Source: an uncultured Solibacteraceae bacterium (GTDB taxonomy: Bacteria > Acidobacteriota > Terriglobia > 20CM-2-55-15). From it: DNA of 49,103 nucleotides. The position numbers and the translations under genes are program-made. Numbering within the stretch: position 1 is the stretch's first letter; the number at the start of each line of letters is the position of its first letter. A model generated the notes under the pieces. It worked only from the letters and a program-made list of their open reading frames with translations, ran no database searches and was not told the DNA's origin. Location of the stretch: the NCBI GenBank assembly GCA_964584435.1, contig CAZOZZ010000002.1:5050-54152 (forward strand), in the 5' to 3' direction. Shown here piece by piece: positions 8,156-18,100 of the stretch.

Positions 8156-10411
8156 ATGACCTGGTTTGAGACATTCTTTAAGTACAAGCCCATCGTTTAC
8201 GAAAAGGGCTCGCTGGGCTTCCAGCTGATCGACAACCCTCTTTTCTTTCTTTTCTTTGCCGTTGGATCCGTTGTTGGCGCGTATCTCCTTTACATGGCGG
8301 TCCGAACCTCCCGAGTGTCCTGGGGAATGATCGGCTTGCGGGCGGCAACCTTCGTGATCCTGGCGTTCGTCCTGATGCGCCCTGTCCTGAACATCTCGAC
8401 GGTCCTGCCGCAGGAGAGTTACATCGCCGTAGTCGTCGACAACTCCGAGAGCATGCAGATTCGGGATGATGGCGGAGAAAGTCGTGCCGACCTGTTGATG
8501 GCAGGGCTCGAATCGACAGAGTTCTTCAGAAGGCTGTCGGACAAGTTTCGTGTGCGTGTCTACCGATTCGATCGTGAGGCGGAGAGAATCGAAGACCTCG
8601 ATCGAATGACGTTTACGGGCACGCGCACGCGGATGGAAAGTGCAATGGAGATGCTGTACCAGGAATTGGGTACCGTGCCTTTATCCGGGATCGTTCTGGT
8701 AACAGACGGAGTCGACAACGCGTCGGAAGAATGGACAGAAGCGGTGTCGAGGATCCAGACCCGCGGTATCCCTATCTACACGGTCGGTGTCGGCGAAGAA
8801 GCTATCGAGCGGGACGTGGAGTTGATTCAAGCCACGGCGCCACGGGAAACACTCAGCGATTCCACCGCTGTTGCGGAGGTGTCCTATCGCAGCCACGGGC
8901 TGGCCGGCCGGAAGGCCACGCTGCAAGTTCGCGAAAACGGAGTTCTGCTGAAGTCCGAAGAAGTCACTCTTCCCAGGGACGGGGAGATCGGAGAAACAGC
9001 AATCGATCTGCCCGTCAAGAACGCCGGCTCACGGGTCTTTTCGTTTTCGATCGAGGCTTCCGACGACCGGATTCCAGAGAACAACTCGTTGGGAAGTTTG
9101 ATCCAGGTCAAGAACGATCATCCCCAGATTCTCTACGTTGAAGGCGAGCCGCGCTGGGAGTACCGGTATCTGCGGCGGGCCGTTGAAGACGACCCGAACA
9201 TCCGCCTTGTGACCCTTCTCCGAACATCTCCGAACAAGTTTTACCGCCAGGGGATCGACGCGGAAGAAACGCTTGCCGACGGCTTCCCGACTACTCGCGA
9301 AGAACTGTTCGCCTACAAGGGGCTAATCCTGGGAAGTATCGAATCGACATTCTTCACTCAGGAACAGCTTCAGATGATCGTCGATTTCGTCAGCCAGCGC
9401 GGGGGAGGATTCCTCATGATCGGCGGTCGGAATTCGTTCAGCGGCGGCCGTTACCAGAACACGCCGATAGCCGACATCCTGCCGGTACAGTTGACGAACG
9501 ACGAGTCGAATTTTGTGGTCGAGAACCTCAAGGTCAACGTATCAGACTATGGTCGCTCCCATCCTCTTATGAACTTGAAGCCGACCGGGGAGGAAATCGT
9601 TGGCGAGTGGGGAGAACTGCCGCCCTTGACCGAGTTCAACCGTGTGAACGAGGCCAAGGTGGGCGCGATCGTACTGGCCAACGCCGAGATCGAGACGTCG
9701 AGTCGCGATCGGCCTGTTCTGCTGGCTTACCAGCGTTACGGCCGTGGGCGTACGATGGCTTTCACGACATCCAGCAGCTGGCGATGGCAGATGGAGATGG
9801 ACCATGAAGACATGACCCACGAGCTGTTCTGGCGTCAGATCCTGCGCTGGCTCGTGAGTTCATCGCCGGACCCGGTCATGGCGAATGCGGAAAAAGACAG
9901 CTACTTGTCCGACGAACCCGTCCGCTTGTTTGCCGACATTTCCGATGACGGTTTCGACCGCATGAACAACGCGGATGTCGTCGGCCGCGTGATCGACCCG
10001 GACGGCAATACACAGGCTGTGACCTTCGAATGGACGGGCCTGCAGGACGGAACGTATCAGGCGAAGCTGGCTGGTAGCGTTCCGGGCATATACACCCTCG
10101 AGGTCGACGCCAGCTATGCCGACAATCAGATCGGAAGCTATCAAAGCACGTTTCAGGTACGCGACCGACCCGTCGAGTTCTATGACGCCGCATTGGACAG
10201 CCGGTTCCTCAAGGCAATCGCGGAACAGTCCGGGGGCCGCTACTATTCACTCGACGACATCGGCGACCTACCCGACGATGCGGTATACGTTGAAGGGGAG
10301 TCTTCGATCATCGAGCAGCGCGATCTGTGGGATGTGCCTTGGCTGTTCATGCTGTTGTGCATGACCCTGGCGGGGGAGTGGTTCTGGCGAAAGAAGAAGG
10401 GCTTGGCGTAA
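8156..10411 (+). CDS. Membrane-anchored vWA + Ig-like + class I glutamine amidotransferase-like (DUF1355-type) protein
   Basis: N-terminal TMs; MIDAS VVDNSESM and LVTDG; EGEPRWEYRYL; GGGFLMIGGRNSF; C-terminal TM ending EWFWRKKKGLA. Confidence 0.8.
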   Translation: MTWFETFFKYKPIVYEKGSLGFQLIDNPLFFLFFAVGSVVGAYLLYMAVRTSRVSWGMIGLRAATFVILAFVLMRPVLNISTVLPQESYIAVVVDNSESMQIRDDGGESRADLLMAGLESTEFFRRLSDKFRVRVYRFDREAERIEDLDRMTFTGTRTRMESAMEMLYQELGTVPLSGIVLVTDGVDNASEEWTEAVSRIQTRGIPIYTVGVGEEAIERDVELIQATAPRETLSDSTAVAEVSYRSHGLAGRKATLQVRENGVLLKSEEVTLPRDGEIGETAIDLPVKNAGSRVFSFSIEASDDRIPENNSLGSLIQVKNDHPQILYVEGEPRWEYRYLRRAVEDDPNIRLVTLLRTSPNKFYRQGIDAEETLADGFPTTREELFAYKGLILGSIESTFFTQEQLQMIVDFVSQRGGGFLMIGGRNSFSGGRYQNTPIADILPVQLTNDESNFVVENLKVNVSDYGRSHPLMNLKPTGEEIVGEWGELPPLTEFNRVNEAKVGAIVLANAEIETSSRDRPVLLAYQRYGRGRTMAFTTSSSWRWQMEMDHEDMTHELFWRQILRWLVSSSPDPVMANAEKDSYLSDEPVRLFADISDDGFDRMNNADVVGRVIDPDGNTQAVTFEWTGLQDGTYQAKLAGSVPGIYTLEVDASYADNQIGSYQSTFQVRDRPVEFYDAALDSRFLKAIAEQSGGRYYSLDDIGDLPDDAVYVEGESSIIEQRDLWDVPWLFMLLCMTLAGEWFWRKKKGLA

Positions 10412-11349
10412 TGGTTCGTTTTGTGCTGGCCTTGATGATGACGCTGGCTCCGACCATTGCCGCTGCCGATTCGGTCGTCCTGATCTTGAACGGCGTGCCA
10501 GGGAGTCCCGACCACGCTGAGCGTTTCGAAGGATGGAGCGAAGCCACGCGAATCGCGATGATCGACACCTTCGGTTTCGCCTCCGAAGACGTCATCCTGC
10601 TTTCCAACCGTCAAGCTCGTGCCGAAGACATCCGAAATACGTTCGGTAGTCTCGAAGACCGCCTGGGACCGACCGACGTCTTCTTCGTTTTTTTTATCGG
10701 TCACGGAAGCTTCGACGGCACCGATTACAAATTCAACATCATGGGCCCGGACCTCGACGCTTCGGACTATAGCAATCTGTTGTCCTCGGTTGGCGCCGGC
10801 CGCACCGTCATCGTCAACGCCACGACCTCCAGCGGGGGCTCGATCGAAAAACTTGCCGGCCAGAACCGTATCATCGTCACGGCCACCCGCTCCGGAACGG
10901 AGCGCAACGACACGATCTTTTACGATTACTTTCTCGAAGGTCTGACAGCAGAGACTAGCGACGAGGACAAGAACGAACGGTTGTCGGTATGGGAAGCCTT
11001 CCGTTACGCGACGCTTGGCGTAGAGCGTTTCTACAGCGAACAGAATCGCCTGGCCACCGAACACCCGCAGATTTCCGACAACGGCGCCGAGAAGACCGGT
11101 GTCGAAGCGGACAAGATGCCGGTTTTGGCCCGAATGATCAACTTTAACGTTGAAGCGAAGATCGAGACCACCAACCCCGTCCTCCGGGCTTTGCTCGAGG
11201 AAAGACGGGAACTGGAGCAGCAGATCGAAAGTCTGCGTCTGATCAAAGACACGATGGGCGAAGAGGAGTACGACAAGGGGATGGAAGATCTGCTCGTCGA
11301 GCTTGCGTTGAAGACTCAGCAGATCCGTACCCAGGAGCCAAAACGGTGA
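10411..11349 (+). CDS. Secreted caspase/C13-like fold protein, probably inactive, with a C-terminal coiled coil
   Basis: TAATG translational coupling; signal peptide; FIGHGS His motif; NATTSSGG where DAC(H)SG is expected; IIVTAT; LSVWEAFRY; TEHPQ. Confidence 0.7.
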   Translation: MVRFVLALMMTLAPTIAAADSVVLILNGVPGSPDHAERFEGWSEATRIAMIDTFGFASEDVILLSNRQARAEDIRNTFGSLEDRLGPTDVFFVFFIGHGSFDGTDYKFNIMGPDLDASDYSNLLSSVGAGRTVIVNATTSSGGSIEKLAGQNRIIVTATRSGTERNDTIFYDYFLEGLTAETSDEDKNERLSVWEAFRYATLGVERFYSEQNRLATEHPQISDNGAEKTGVEADKMPVLARMINFNVEAKIETTNPVLRALLEERRELEQQIESLRLIKDTMGEEEYDKGMEDLLVELALKTQQIRTQEPKR

Positions 11350-13907
11350 ATCGGTGGTTAGAGCGATCCCCCCGTCGAACGAGACCACCGCGGGTCTCTC
11401 TCTGGCTCGTTATGACGCTTTGTCTGGCCGGATGTGGAGCTCTGGGCCAGACCGACAACCGCACGCCCCTCGAACAGGCACGGCAAGGGGAATATGCCTC
11501 TGCCTCCGTCTCGCTCGAAGCCATGGTGTCCGGTGGGGACACATCCGCTGAAGTCGTTGAGAGCCTCTACCATTCCTGGATCCGGCAGGGCGAGTACAGC
11601 CATGCTCTGGACCGATTTGAAGCTCTGTCAGCAGGGAATCCGAACGCGGGGCCAGTTCGTCTCGCCGCCGCCCGGGCAAATCGTCTCACGGGTAACTACG
11701 ACCAGGCACTGGCCCACCTGGAAGCCATACTCAATTTTGCCGATGTCGGCGTTGCCGCCCGCAATGAGAAGGCCGTCGTCCTCGATCAAATCGGGAGGCG
11801 AGATGAAAGCAGCCGAATCTACACCGATCTGATCGAGGGTTTTCAGGACGGAATCATCCGGGGGCCGGCAGAGATGATCTACGTCGCACGCGCGCTGTGG
11901 GCCCAGGAGTCCTTCCAGGATGCAAACGACGTTTTCAAGCTGATCACGCGTGCGAACCCTCGCGATGGGGAGGCCTTCCTGGCCTGGGGGGACTTGCTCC
12001 AAGAGAAATTCAACGCACCCGAAGCGCTTGCCAGTTACGAGGACGCCCTCGCGATCGATCCGAACATGCCCGAAGCACATCTGGGAGTTGCCCACGCTCA
12101 TGACGACACGGAGACGGTAGGCATCGCGCTCGAACGTGCCCTCGAGGTCAATCCCAACTATATCGAGGCCCATCTGTTCCGCGCCGAACAGAGAATCGAT
12201 GCAGAGCAATACGATGAGGCGGATGAGGAAATCGATTTGGCCCTGGGAATCAACCCCCGGCTGCCGGCCGCGCTGGCCCTGCGGGCGGCGACCCATTTCC
12301 TGAGGAACGAAGAGTCTGAATTCAATCGGTCTGTTCAGCAGGTCCTCCAGATCAACCCCGAGTACGGGGAGATGTTCTATATTCTCGCCCAACGCTGTGT
12401 AAACCTCCGGTTGTATCAGCAGGCTGTCACCTTTGCCCGTGAGGCGATTCGTCTGAATCCCAGGGACTGGCTGGCGCACAACCTTCTGGCGATCAACCTG
12501 ATGCGTGTCGGCGAAGAAGAGGCCGGCAAGGCCTTTCTGGAAACCGCTTACGAGAATGATCCGTTTAATATCTGGACGGTAAACACGCTCACATTGCTGG
12601 ACAGCTTCGACAATTTCGACCGGTTCGAGAGCGAGCATTTCCGGATCATGCTTCACAAGGAAGAAAGCGAAGTCCTGGAGCCCTACGTTCGCGGCTTGCT
12701 CGAAGAAGCTTACGTAACGCTCAGTTTGAAGTACGGCTTCGAACCCGATTCCCCAATCACTTTCGAGATGTTTCCGGATCATGAGGACTTTGCCGTGCGC
12801 ACACTGGGTCTTCCCGGTCTTGGAGCCCTCGGCGTTTGTTTCGGCAAGGTGGTCGTGATGGATTCTCCGTCGGCGCGCCCACCGGAGAGCTTCAACTGGG
12901 GCAGTACCCTATGGCACGAGTTTGCGCACGTGATCACCCTCCAGATCACCGACCACAAGATCCCACGCTGGTTTTCAGAAGGGATCTCGGTCTATGAGGA
13001 GCGCAAGGCGGTTCCCGGTTGGGGAGACGATCTTCAGATGGATTATCTGATAGCCGCCAGGGACGGCCAGTGGCTGCCGATCGCTGACTTGAACAACGGT
13101 TTCATCCGACCGAAGAACCCGGGTCAGATTTCGCTGTCCTATTACCAGGCCTCTTTGATCTGTGACTACATCGAAGAGAATTACGGCTTCGCGTCGATCC
13201 GTCAGATGCTCGCCCTGTACAAAGAAGGTCGCAATACAACGGAGGTCTTCGACCAGGCATTGGCGACGGACCTGTCCGAGTTCGACGACAGTTTCCTGTC
13301 CTGGGTCAACGAGAAGATCGCGGATATCGATTTGGAAGAGTTTCAACGATTGATGGCCCAGGGCCAGCAGGCTTTTGACGCGGAAGACCTGGACGGAGCG
13401 ATCGAAGCTCTCTCCAGTGCCGTGGAGCAGTATCCGGACTACACGGACGAACACAACCCGTACGAAACGCTTGCCGAGGCGTACATCCGGAAGGGTGACA
13501 CCAGTGCTGCCATCGAAACCTTGACCCGCTTCCTATCCTACTCGGAATCCGCTTACAATGCCTATCTCAAGGTGGCCCGTCTGATGAAGGAATCCGGGGA
13601 CGAAACCGGGGCCCTCGAGATGCTGGAGCGGGCACTTTTTATTCATCCGCTGGATCTGGAAGGACACCGTGAATTGGGAGCCATCTTCCTGGAAGGCGAG
13701 CAGTTCGACGAGGCGGCACGGGAGTACGAAGCGCTGTTGGCGTTGAACGTGCCGGACCAGGCCGACACTTATTTCAGGCTTGCATCCGCCCAGTATGGGA
13801 ACGGAAAGCTGGCGGAGGCGCGCACGAGCATTATTAGATGTCTGGAGATTGCACCGTCATTCGAAGCGGGGCAGGAGTTGCTACTGAAAATTGTGAGGAA
13901 TAATTGA
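11346..13907 (+). CDS. TPR-repeat protein with a central peptidase MA-like (gluzincin) domain; possible lipoprotein
   Basis: LAGC lipobox-like; many TPR-like helices; TLWHEFAHV followed by PRWFSEGISVYEE. Confidence 0.85.
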   Translation: MNRWLERSPRRTRPPRVSLWLVMTLCLAGCGALGQTDNRTPLEQARQGEYASASVSLEAMVSGGDTSAEVVESLYHSWIRQGEYSHALDRFEALSAGNPNAGPVRLAAARANRLTGNYDQALAHLEAILNFADVGVAARNEKAVVLDQIGRRDESSRIYTDLIEGFQDGIIRGPAEMIYVARALWAQESFQDANDVFKLITRANPRDGEAFLAWGDLLQEKFNAPEALASYEDALAIDPNMPEAHLGVAHAHDDTETVGIALERALEVNPNYIEAHLFRAEQRIDAEQYDEADEEIDLALGINPRLPAALALRAATHFLRNEESEFNRSVQQVLQINPEYGEMFYILAQRCVNLRLYQQAVTFAREAIRLNPRDWLAHNLLAINLMRVGEEEAGKAFLETAYENDPFNIWTVNTLTLLDSFDNFDRFESEHFRIMLHKEESEVLEPYVRGLLEEAYVTLSLKYGFEPDSPITFEMFPDHEDFAVRTLGLPGLGALGVCFGKVVVMDSPSARPPESFNWGSTLWHEFAHVITLQITDHKIPRWFSEGISVYEERKAVPGWGDDLQMDYLIAARDGQWLPIADLNNGFIRPKNPGQISLSYYQASLICDYIEENYGFASIRQMLALYKEGRNTTEVFDQALATDLSEFDDSFLSWVNEKIADIDLEEFQRLMAQGQQAFDAEDLDGAIEALSSAVEQYPDYTDEHNPYETLAEAYIRKGDTSAAIETLTRFLSYSESAYNAYLKVARLMKESGDETGALEMLERALFIHPLDLEGHRELGAIFLEGEQFDEAAREYEALLALNVPDQADTYFRLASAQYGNGKLAEARTSIIRCLEIAPSFEAGQELLLKIVRNN

Positions 13908-14948
13908 ATGAGCCAGAGCGTTGACCAACAAGAACTTGAGACGGTAGAAAGATTTCATTCCGACATCGCCGCAATCACTCGCGAAATCCGAAAGACAATC
14001 GTCGGCCAGAAGGAAGCGGTGGACCAGGTGCTGGTCTCGTTGCTGACCGGCTCTAATTCAATGATCACCGGCGTGCCGGGTCTGGCAAAGACCCTGCTGA
14101 TCGCGACCGTTGCCGAAGTCTTGCACTTAAAATTCAACAGGATTCAATTTACGCCGGACTTGATGCCCGCCGACATCACCGGTACCGAGATAATCGAAGA
14201 AGATCGGGCGACAGGGCGTCGTGAGCGCGTGTTTGTCAAGGGGCCGATCTTCGCCAACATCATCCTGGCCGACGAGATCAACCGGACGCCGCCCAAGACC
14301 CAGGCCGCGCTCCTCCAGGCCATGCAGGAACACGAGGTCACCGCCGGGGGCGACACCTTTCGGCTCGAAGAGCCCTTCTTTGTTCTGGCAACCCAGAACC
14401 CGATTGAGCAGGAGGGAACCTATCCGCTGCCAGAAGCGCAGCTGGACCGCTTCATGTTCAACATCATCATCGACTACCTGAACGAAGCCGACGAGATCCA
14501 GGTCGTCAACCAGACGACTTCCCTTCGCGAGGTCACCTACGAGAAGACGATCGGCGGACCGGAGATCATCGAGTTTCAACGCCTCGTTCGAAAGATGCCC
14601 GTGGCGGAACCGGTCATGCGTTATGCCGTGCAGTTGGCCCGCGCGAGCCGGCCAAGCCGGACCACGAGTGAAGCCGGACCGGAAGTTCCGGATTTCGTTA
14701 AGAAATACGTCAACTATGGAGCGAGCCTGAGAGCTTCCCAGTTCCTGATCCTCGGCAGCAAGGCCATGGCGCTGATCAACGGCAGATACAACGTCGCAAT
14801 AGAAGATATCCAGAAGCTGGCATATCCCGTGTTTCGCCATCGGATCCTGACGAACTTTCACGCGGAGTCGGAAGGCATCACGTCCGAAGACATCGTCAAG
14901 AATCTTCTCGAGACCGTCCCGGTGCCGGAGTCCGGAATGAAGGAATGA
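13908..14948 (+). CDS. moxR: MoxR family AAA+ ATPase
   Basis: GVPGLAKT Walker A; RIQFTPDLMPADITG; LADEINRTPPKTQ; ATQNPIEQEGTYPLPEAQLDRF. Confidence 0.95.
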   Translation: MSQSVDQQELETVERFHSDIAAITREIRKTIVGQKEAVDQVLVSLLTGSNSMITGVPGLAKTLLIATVAEVLHLKFNRIQFTPDLMPADITGTEIIEEDRATGRRERVFVKGPIFANIILADEINRTPPKTQAALLQAMQEHEVTAGGDTFRLEEPFFVLATQNPIEQEGTYPLPEAQLDRFMFNIIIDYLNEADEIQVVNQTTSLREVTYEKTIGGPEIIEFQRLVRKMPVAEPVMRYAVQLARASRPSRTTSEAGPEVPDFVKKYVNYGASLRASQFLILGSKAMALINGRYNVAIEDIQKLAYPVFRHRILTNFHAESEGITSEDIVKNLLETVPVPESGMKE

Positions 14949-15859
14949 GCACAGCGATCGCACACGGACCGTCCAATCGTTTTATCGATCCGACGATTCT
15001 ATCGAAGATCGAAAACCTGGAGCTGCTGGCTCGCACGGTTGTGGAGGGCTTCGTGCAAGGTCTTCACAAGTCGCCCTATCTCGGCTTCAGTGTTGATTTT
15101 GCCGAATACCGGCCCTATCAGCCGGGTGACGAGATCCGGCGCATCGACTGGAATGTTTTTTCCCGGTTGGACCGCCTGGTCGTCAAACTGTTCGAAGGGG
15201 ATACCAACACCCAGGTAAACCTGCTGATGGATGTCAGCGGCTCGATGGGATACACGTCGGGCTCGGTCACGAAGATCGATTACGCGCGGTTTCTGACGGC
15301 CGCGCTGGCCTACTTTGCCTATGGGCAACGTGATGGCGTGGGCCTGGTGACATTTGATCTGGAGGTGTCTGGCCATATACCCGCCGGTCGCCGGAGCGGG
15401 CAGTTGTTCAGTATCCTGGCCGAACTCGACAAGGCAGCGGCCGCCAAGGTGACCGAGTTTCGTAAGCCGCTTGACTACATGGCCGGGTTTCTCAAGAGGC
15501 GGGGTATCGTGGTGCTCGTGTCGGACCTGTATGACGAAGTCGACAACATCATGACCGGCATCAAGCACCTCCGGTCGAAGGGTAACGACGTTATTGTGTT
15601 CCACATCATGGACGACTTTGAGCTCAACTTTCCATTCGACAAGATGACGGAGTTTGAGGATCTCGAGACGACGAAGAAGTTGAACGTCATCCCCCAATAC
15701 CTGAAACGCGAGTACTTACAGTTGATTCACGGGCACATCGCAGAACTCAAAAAGGAGATGGCCTCCGTGGGTGCCGACTACACGTTGATGAACAGCAGCA
15801 AACCGCTCGACGTCGGCCTGTTTGCGTATCTGGCAAAACGAGCAAAAACGAAAACCTGA
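14945..15859 (+). CDS. DUF58 domain protein (vWA-like MoxR partner)
   Basis: GLHKSPYLGFSVDFAEYRPYQPGDEIRRIDW; MDVSGSM; LVSDL. Confidence 0.92.
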   Translation: MSTAIAHGPSNRFIDPTILSKIENLELLARTVVEGFVQGLHKSPYLGFSVDFAEYRPYQPGDEIRRIDWNVFSRLDRLVVKLFEGDTNTQVNLLMDVSGSMGYTSGSVTKIDYARFLTAALAYFAYGQRDGVGLVTFDLEVSGHIPAGRRSGQLFSILAELDKAAAAKVTEFRKPLDYMAGFLKRRGIVVLVSDLYDEVDNIMTGIKHLRSKGNDVIVFHIMDDFELNFPFDKMTEFEDLETTKKLNVIPQYLKREYLQLIHGHIAELKKEMASVGADYTLMNSSKPLDVGLFAYLAKRAKTKT

Positions 15860-15862
15860 GGA

Positions 15863-15949
15863 AGTGGTCAGTGGTTAGTGGTCAGTTGCCGGAAGGGCTG
15901 GAGCTGGACAATGACAAGTAATAACTGACCACTGAAGACTGATAACTGA
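15863..15949. repeat. Inverted heptamer arrays (AGTGGTC / GACCACT)
   Basis: agtggtcagtggttagtggtcagttg ... aactgaccactgaagactgataactga, ending 3 nt before the next ATG. Confidence 0.85.
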
Positions 15950-15952
15950 AAA

Positions 15953-18034
15953 ATGTCTTTCTTAAACCCACTCTTCTTCATCGGTTCACTCGCCCTGGCG
16001 GTTCCGATACTGATCCATCTGGTGCGGCGGGATAAGTCCGAGATTGTCCGGTTCAGTTCCCTTATGTTTCTGCTTCGGATTCCCCGGAAGACCATTCGGC
16101 AGCAGAAGCTGCGGAACCTTCTTCTGATGGCACTCAGGTTGTTGTTGATTGCCTTACTGGTTTCCGCTTTTGCCAGGCCGTACATGGAGGAGTCCGATGC
16201 AGCCGTGATTCCGGACTCGCAGTCACGAGGTGTGGTCCTGCTTCTGGACAATTCCTACAGCATGACCTACGGGACGACCTTCGAGCGGATGAAGAGCGAA
16301 GCCAGGGATCGTATCAGCGCGATGACATCGGGGGACCAGCTGGCAATCATCGCTTTCAACGAGAAGGCCACGCTGTTGACGATGCCCTCGGACGACCCGA
16401 ATGAGTTGAATGCCATCGTCGGGGCCCTGGAGCCGTCGTCGGATCGGACGAGTTACTACGAGGCGTTCACGCTGGCGGACCGTGTGTTTGGACAGTTGGA
16501 GGGGTACGACCAGGAACTGATCGTCATATCGGACTTTCAGCGGAACGGTTGGAACCGTTCGTCTCGCGAAAGTGTCATTGACGCCGCCGTCAGGACCGAG
16601 CTTGTCGATCTCGGCATCGAGAATCCCGACAACGTCGGCATAGAAAGTGTCGGGGTCGACTCTACCGTCTTCACCCGTATCTATACGGGACAGGTCATGG
16701 CGCGGATCAACAATAACCGACTGGCCGATCCCGTGACTGTTCCGGTTGCAATCAGCATTAATGATCGAGAGGTGGGACGAAAGACCGTCACGATTCCAGC
16801 CGATTCGAGCACCCTGGTCGAATTCAGCGGGTTTGACCTTCCGCTCGGATACTCCCGCGGCCTGGTCAGGATCGATGCCGAGGATCCGCTGATGGTCGAT
16901 AACGAATTCCTGTTTGCCGTTCAACGCAGGGAGAAATTACGGCTCCTCATCGTTGATGCAGGACGTCCCCAACAGAGTTTCTTCCTCCAACAGGCCTTTA
17001 CTTCTGCTCCCGATCTGCCCTTCGACGTCACGACCATTCGAGTGAACAATCTCACGCCCGATCAGTTGCAAAACTACGAGGTTGTGATTCTGAACGACGT
17101 CCCGCGTCTGTCGGCCCCCATCAAGACCAGCCTGAACGAGATGCGGGCAACCGGCCAGGGGCAACTTGTTTTCCTCGGCGACAATATCGATCTGGACTGG
17201 TGGAACGGTTTCGAAGAACTGCCGGTTCGCCTGGTTGACAAAGTGTTCGTGGAGAGAGATCGCGACCAGCCTTTCTACTCGCTGACCACTTACGACCGAA
17301 ACCATGAGATTTTCGTTCCGTTGGAGAGAAGCACACGCCTGACTCTGAACACCGCTCGGTTCTTTGCCTATCTGGAAATGGAAGTTAAGGACGACACGAC
17401 GGTGATCGCCAAGATGGAAAACGGCTCGGTAGCTATCGCGGAGTCGTCGGGTGAAGATCGAGGACTCCTGGTATTCGGTTCGTCGATGGACAACAGATGG
17501 AATGACTTCCCGTTGAAACCTTCTTTTCTTCCTGTCGTCCATGAGATGGTCCGGTACCTGGCCCGGTATCGGGAGAGCGATGCGTGGCATCAGCTGGGCC
17601 AAGCTGTCCCTGTGTTGACCGCTGCCGATGAGAGTGTGGCGTTGATAACACCGGCCGGGGAAAGACAGAATATGGGCGAGGCATCCGTCGCCGGTCAGCG
17701 GTTCTTCACACCCGATCTGGTTGGCTTTTACGAGATCCGTATCGGGCCTGAAACCGAACATGTCGCCGTGAACCCTCCCTCGAGTGAGAGCTTGCTGGCA
17801 AAGATTCCTTCCGACGACCTGATGGCCGGCGTCCAGCGTCTTGAAGGCGAGGTGAGGCGAGGTGCGCTGCTGGCTGAGGCCGAAGAGGACGACTTTGCAC
17901 GACGCCAAAGTTGGTGGTGGTACCTTTTCTTGTTTGCACTTTTGGTCGGTATCGGCGAGATTTATTTAGGAAACCATGTTACGGCAGCGATGAGTGATCA
18001 AACCCCGACCGGGAATCAGTCGATTTCCGGTTGA
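15953..18034 (+). CDS. BatA N-terminal + vWA domain membrane protein
   Basis: LAVPILIHLVRR (BatA); LLLMALRLL; FARP; MIDAS LLDNSYSM; ISDFQ; WNDFPLKPSFLP; C-terminal TM. Confidence 0.88.
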   Translation: MSFLNPLFFIGSLALAVPILIHLVRRDKSEIVRFSSLMFLLRIPRKTIRQQKLRNLLLMALRLLLIALLVSAFARPYMEESDAAVIPDSQSRGVVLLLDNSYSMTYGTTFERMKSEARDRISAMTSGDQLAIIAFNEKATLLTMPSDDPNELNAIVGALEPSSDRTSYYEAFTLADRVFGQLEGYDQELIVISDFQRNGWNRSSRESVIDAAVRTELVDLGIENPDNVGIESVGVDSTVFTRIYTGQVMARINNNRLADPVTVPVAISINDREVGRKTVTIPADSSTLVEFSGFDLPLGYSRGLVRIDAEDPLMVDNEFLFAVQRREKLRLLIVDAGRPQQSFFLQQAFTSAPDLPFDVTTIRVNNLTPDQLQNYEVVILNDVPRLSAPIKTSLNEMRATGQGQLVFLGDNIDLDWWNGFEELPVRLVDKVFVERDRDQPFYSLTTYDRNHEIFVPLERSTRLTLNTARFFAYLEMEVKDDTTVIAKMENGSVAIAESSGEDRGLLVFGSSMDNRWNDFPLKPSFLPVVHEMVRYLARYRESDAWHQLGQAVPVLTAADESVALITPAGERQNMGEASVAGQRFFTPDLVGFYEIRIGPETEHVAVNPPSSESLLAKIPSDDLMAGVQRLEGEVRRGALLAEAEEDDFARRQSWWWYLFLFALLVGIGEIYLGNHVTAAMSDQTPTGNQSISG

Positions 18035-18100
18035 GAACGATCCGCGGGCGCACTTCATCATCTGAGATGTTTCGGACGCTCGACTAACTAAGGAGCCGCA

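Noticed and set aside
11628-12782. Long antisense ORFs (also 10243-11388, 16937-17908, 19955-21412, 24897-25964, 40094-41089)
   Set aside because: These are shadow frames opposite well-supported genes, expected in GC-rich DNA; no motifs.
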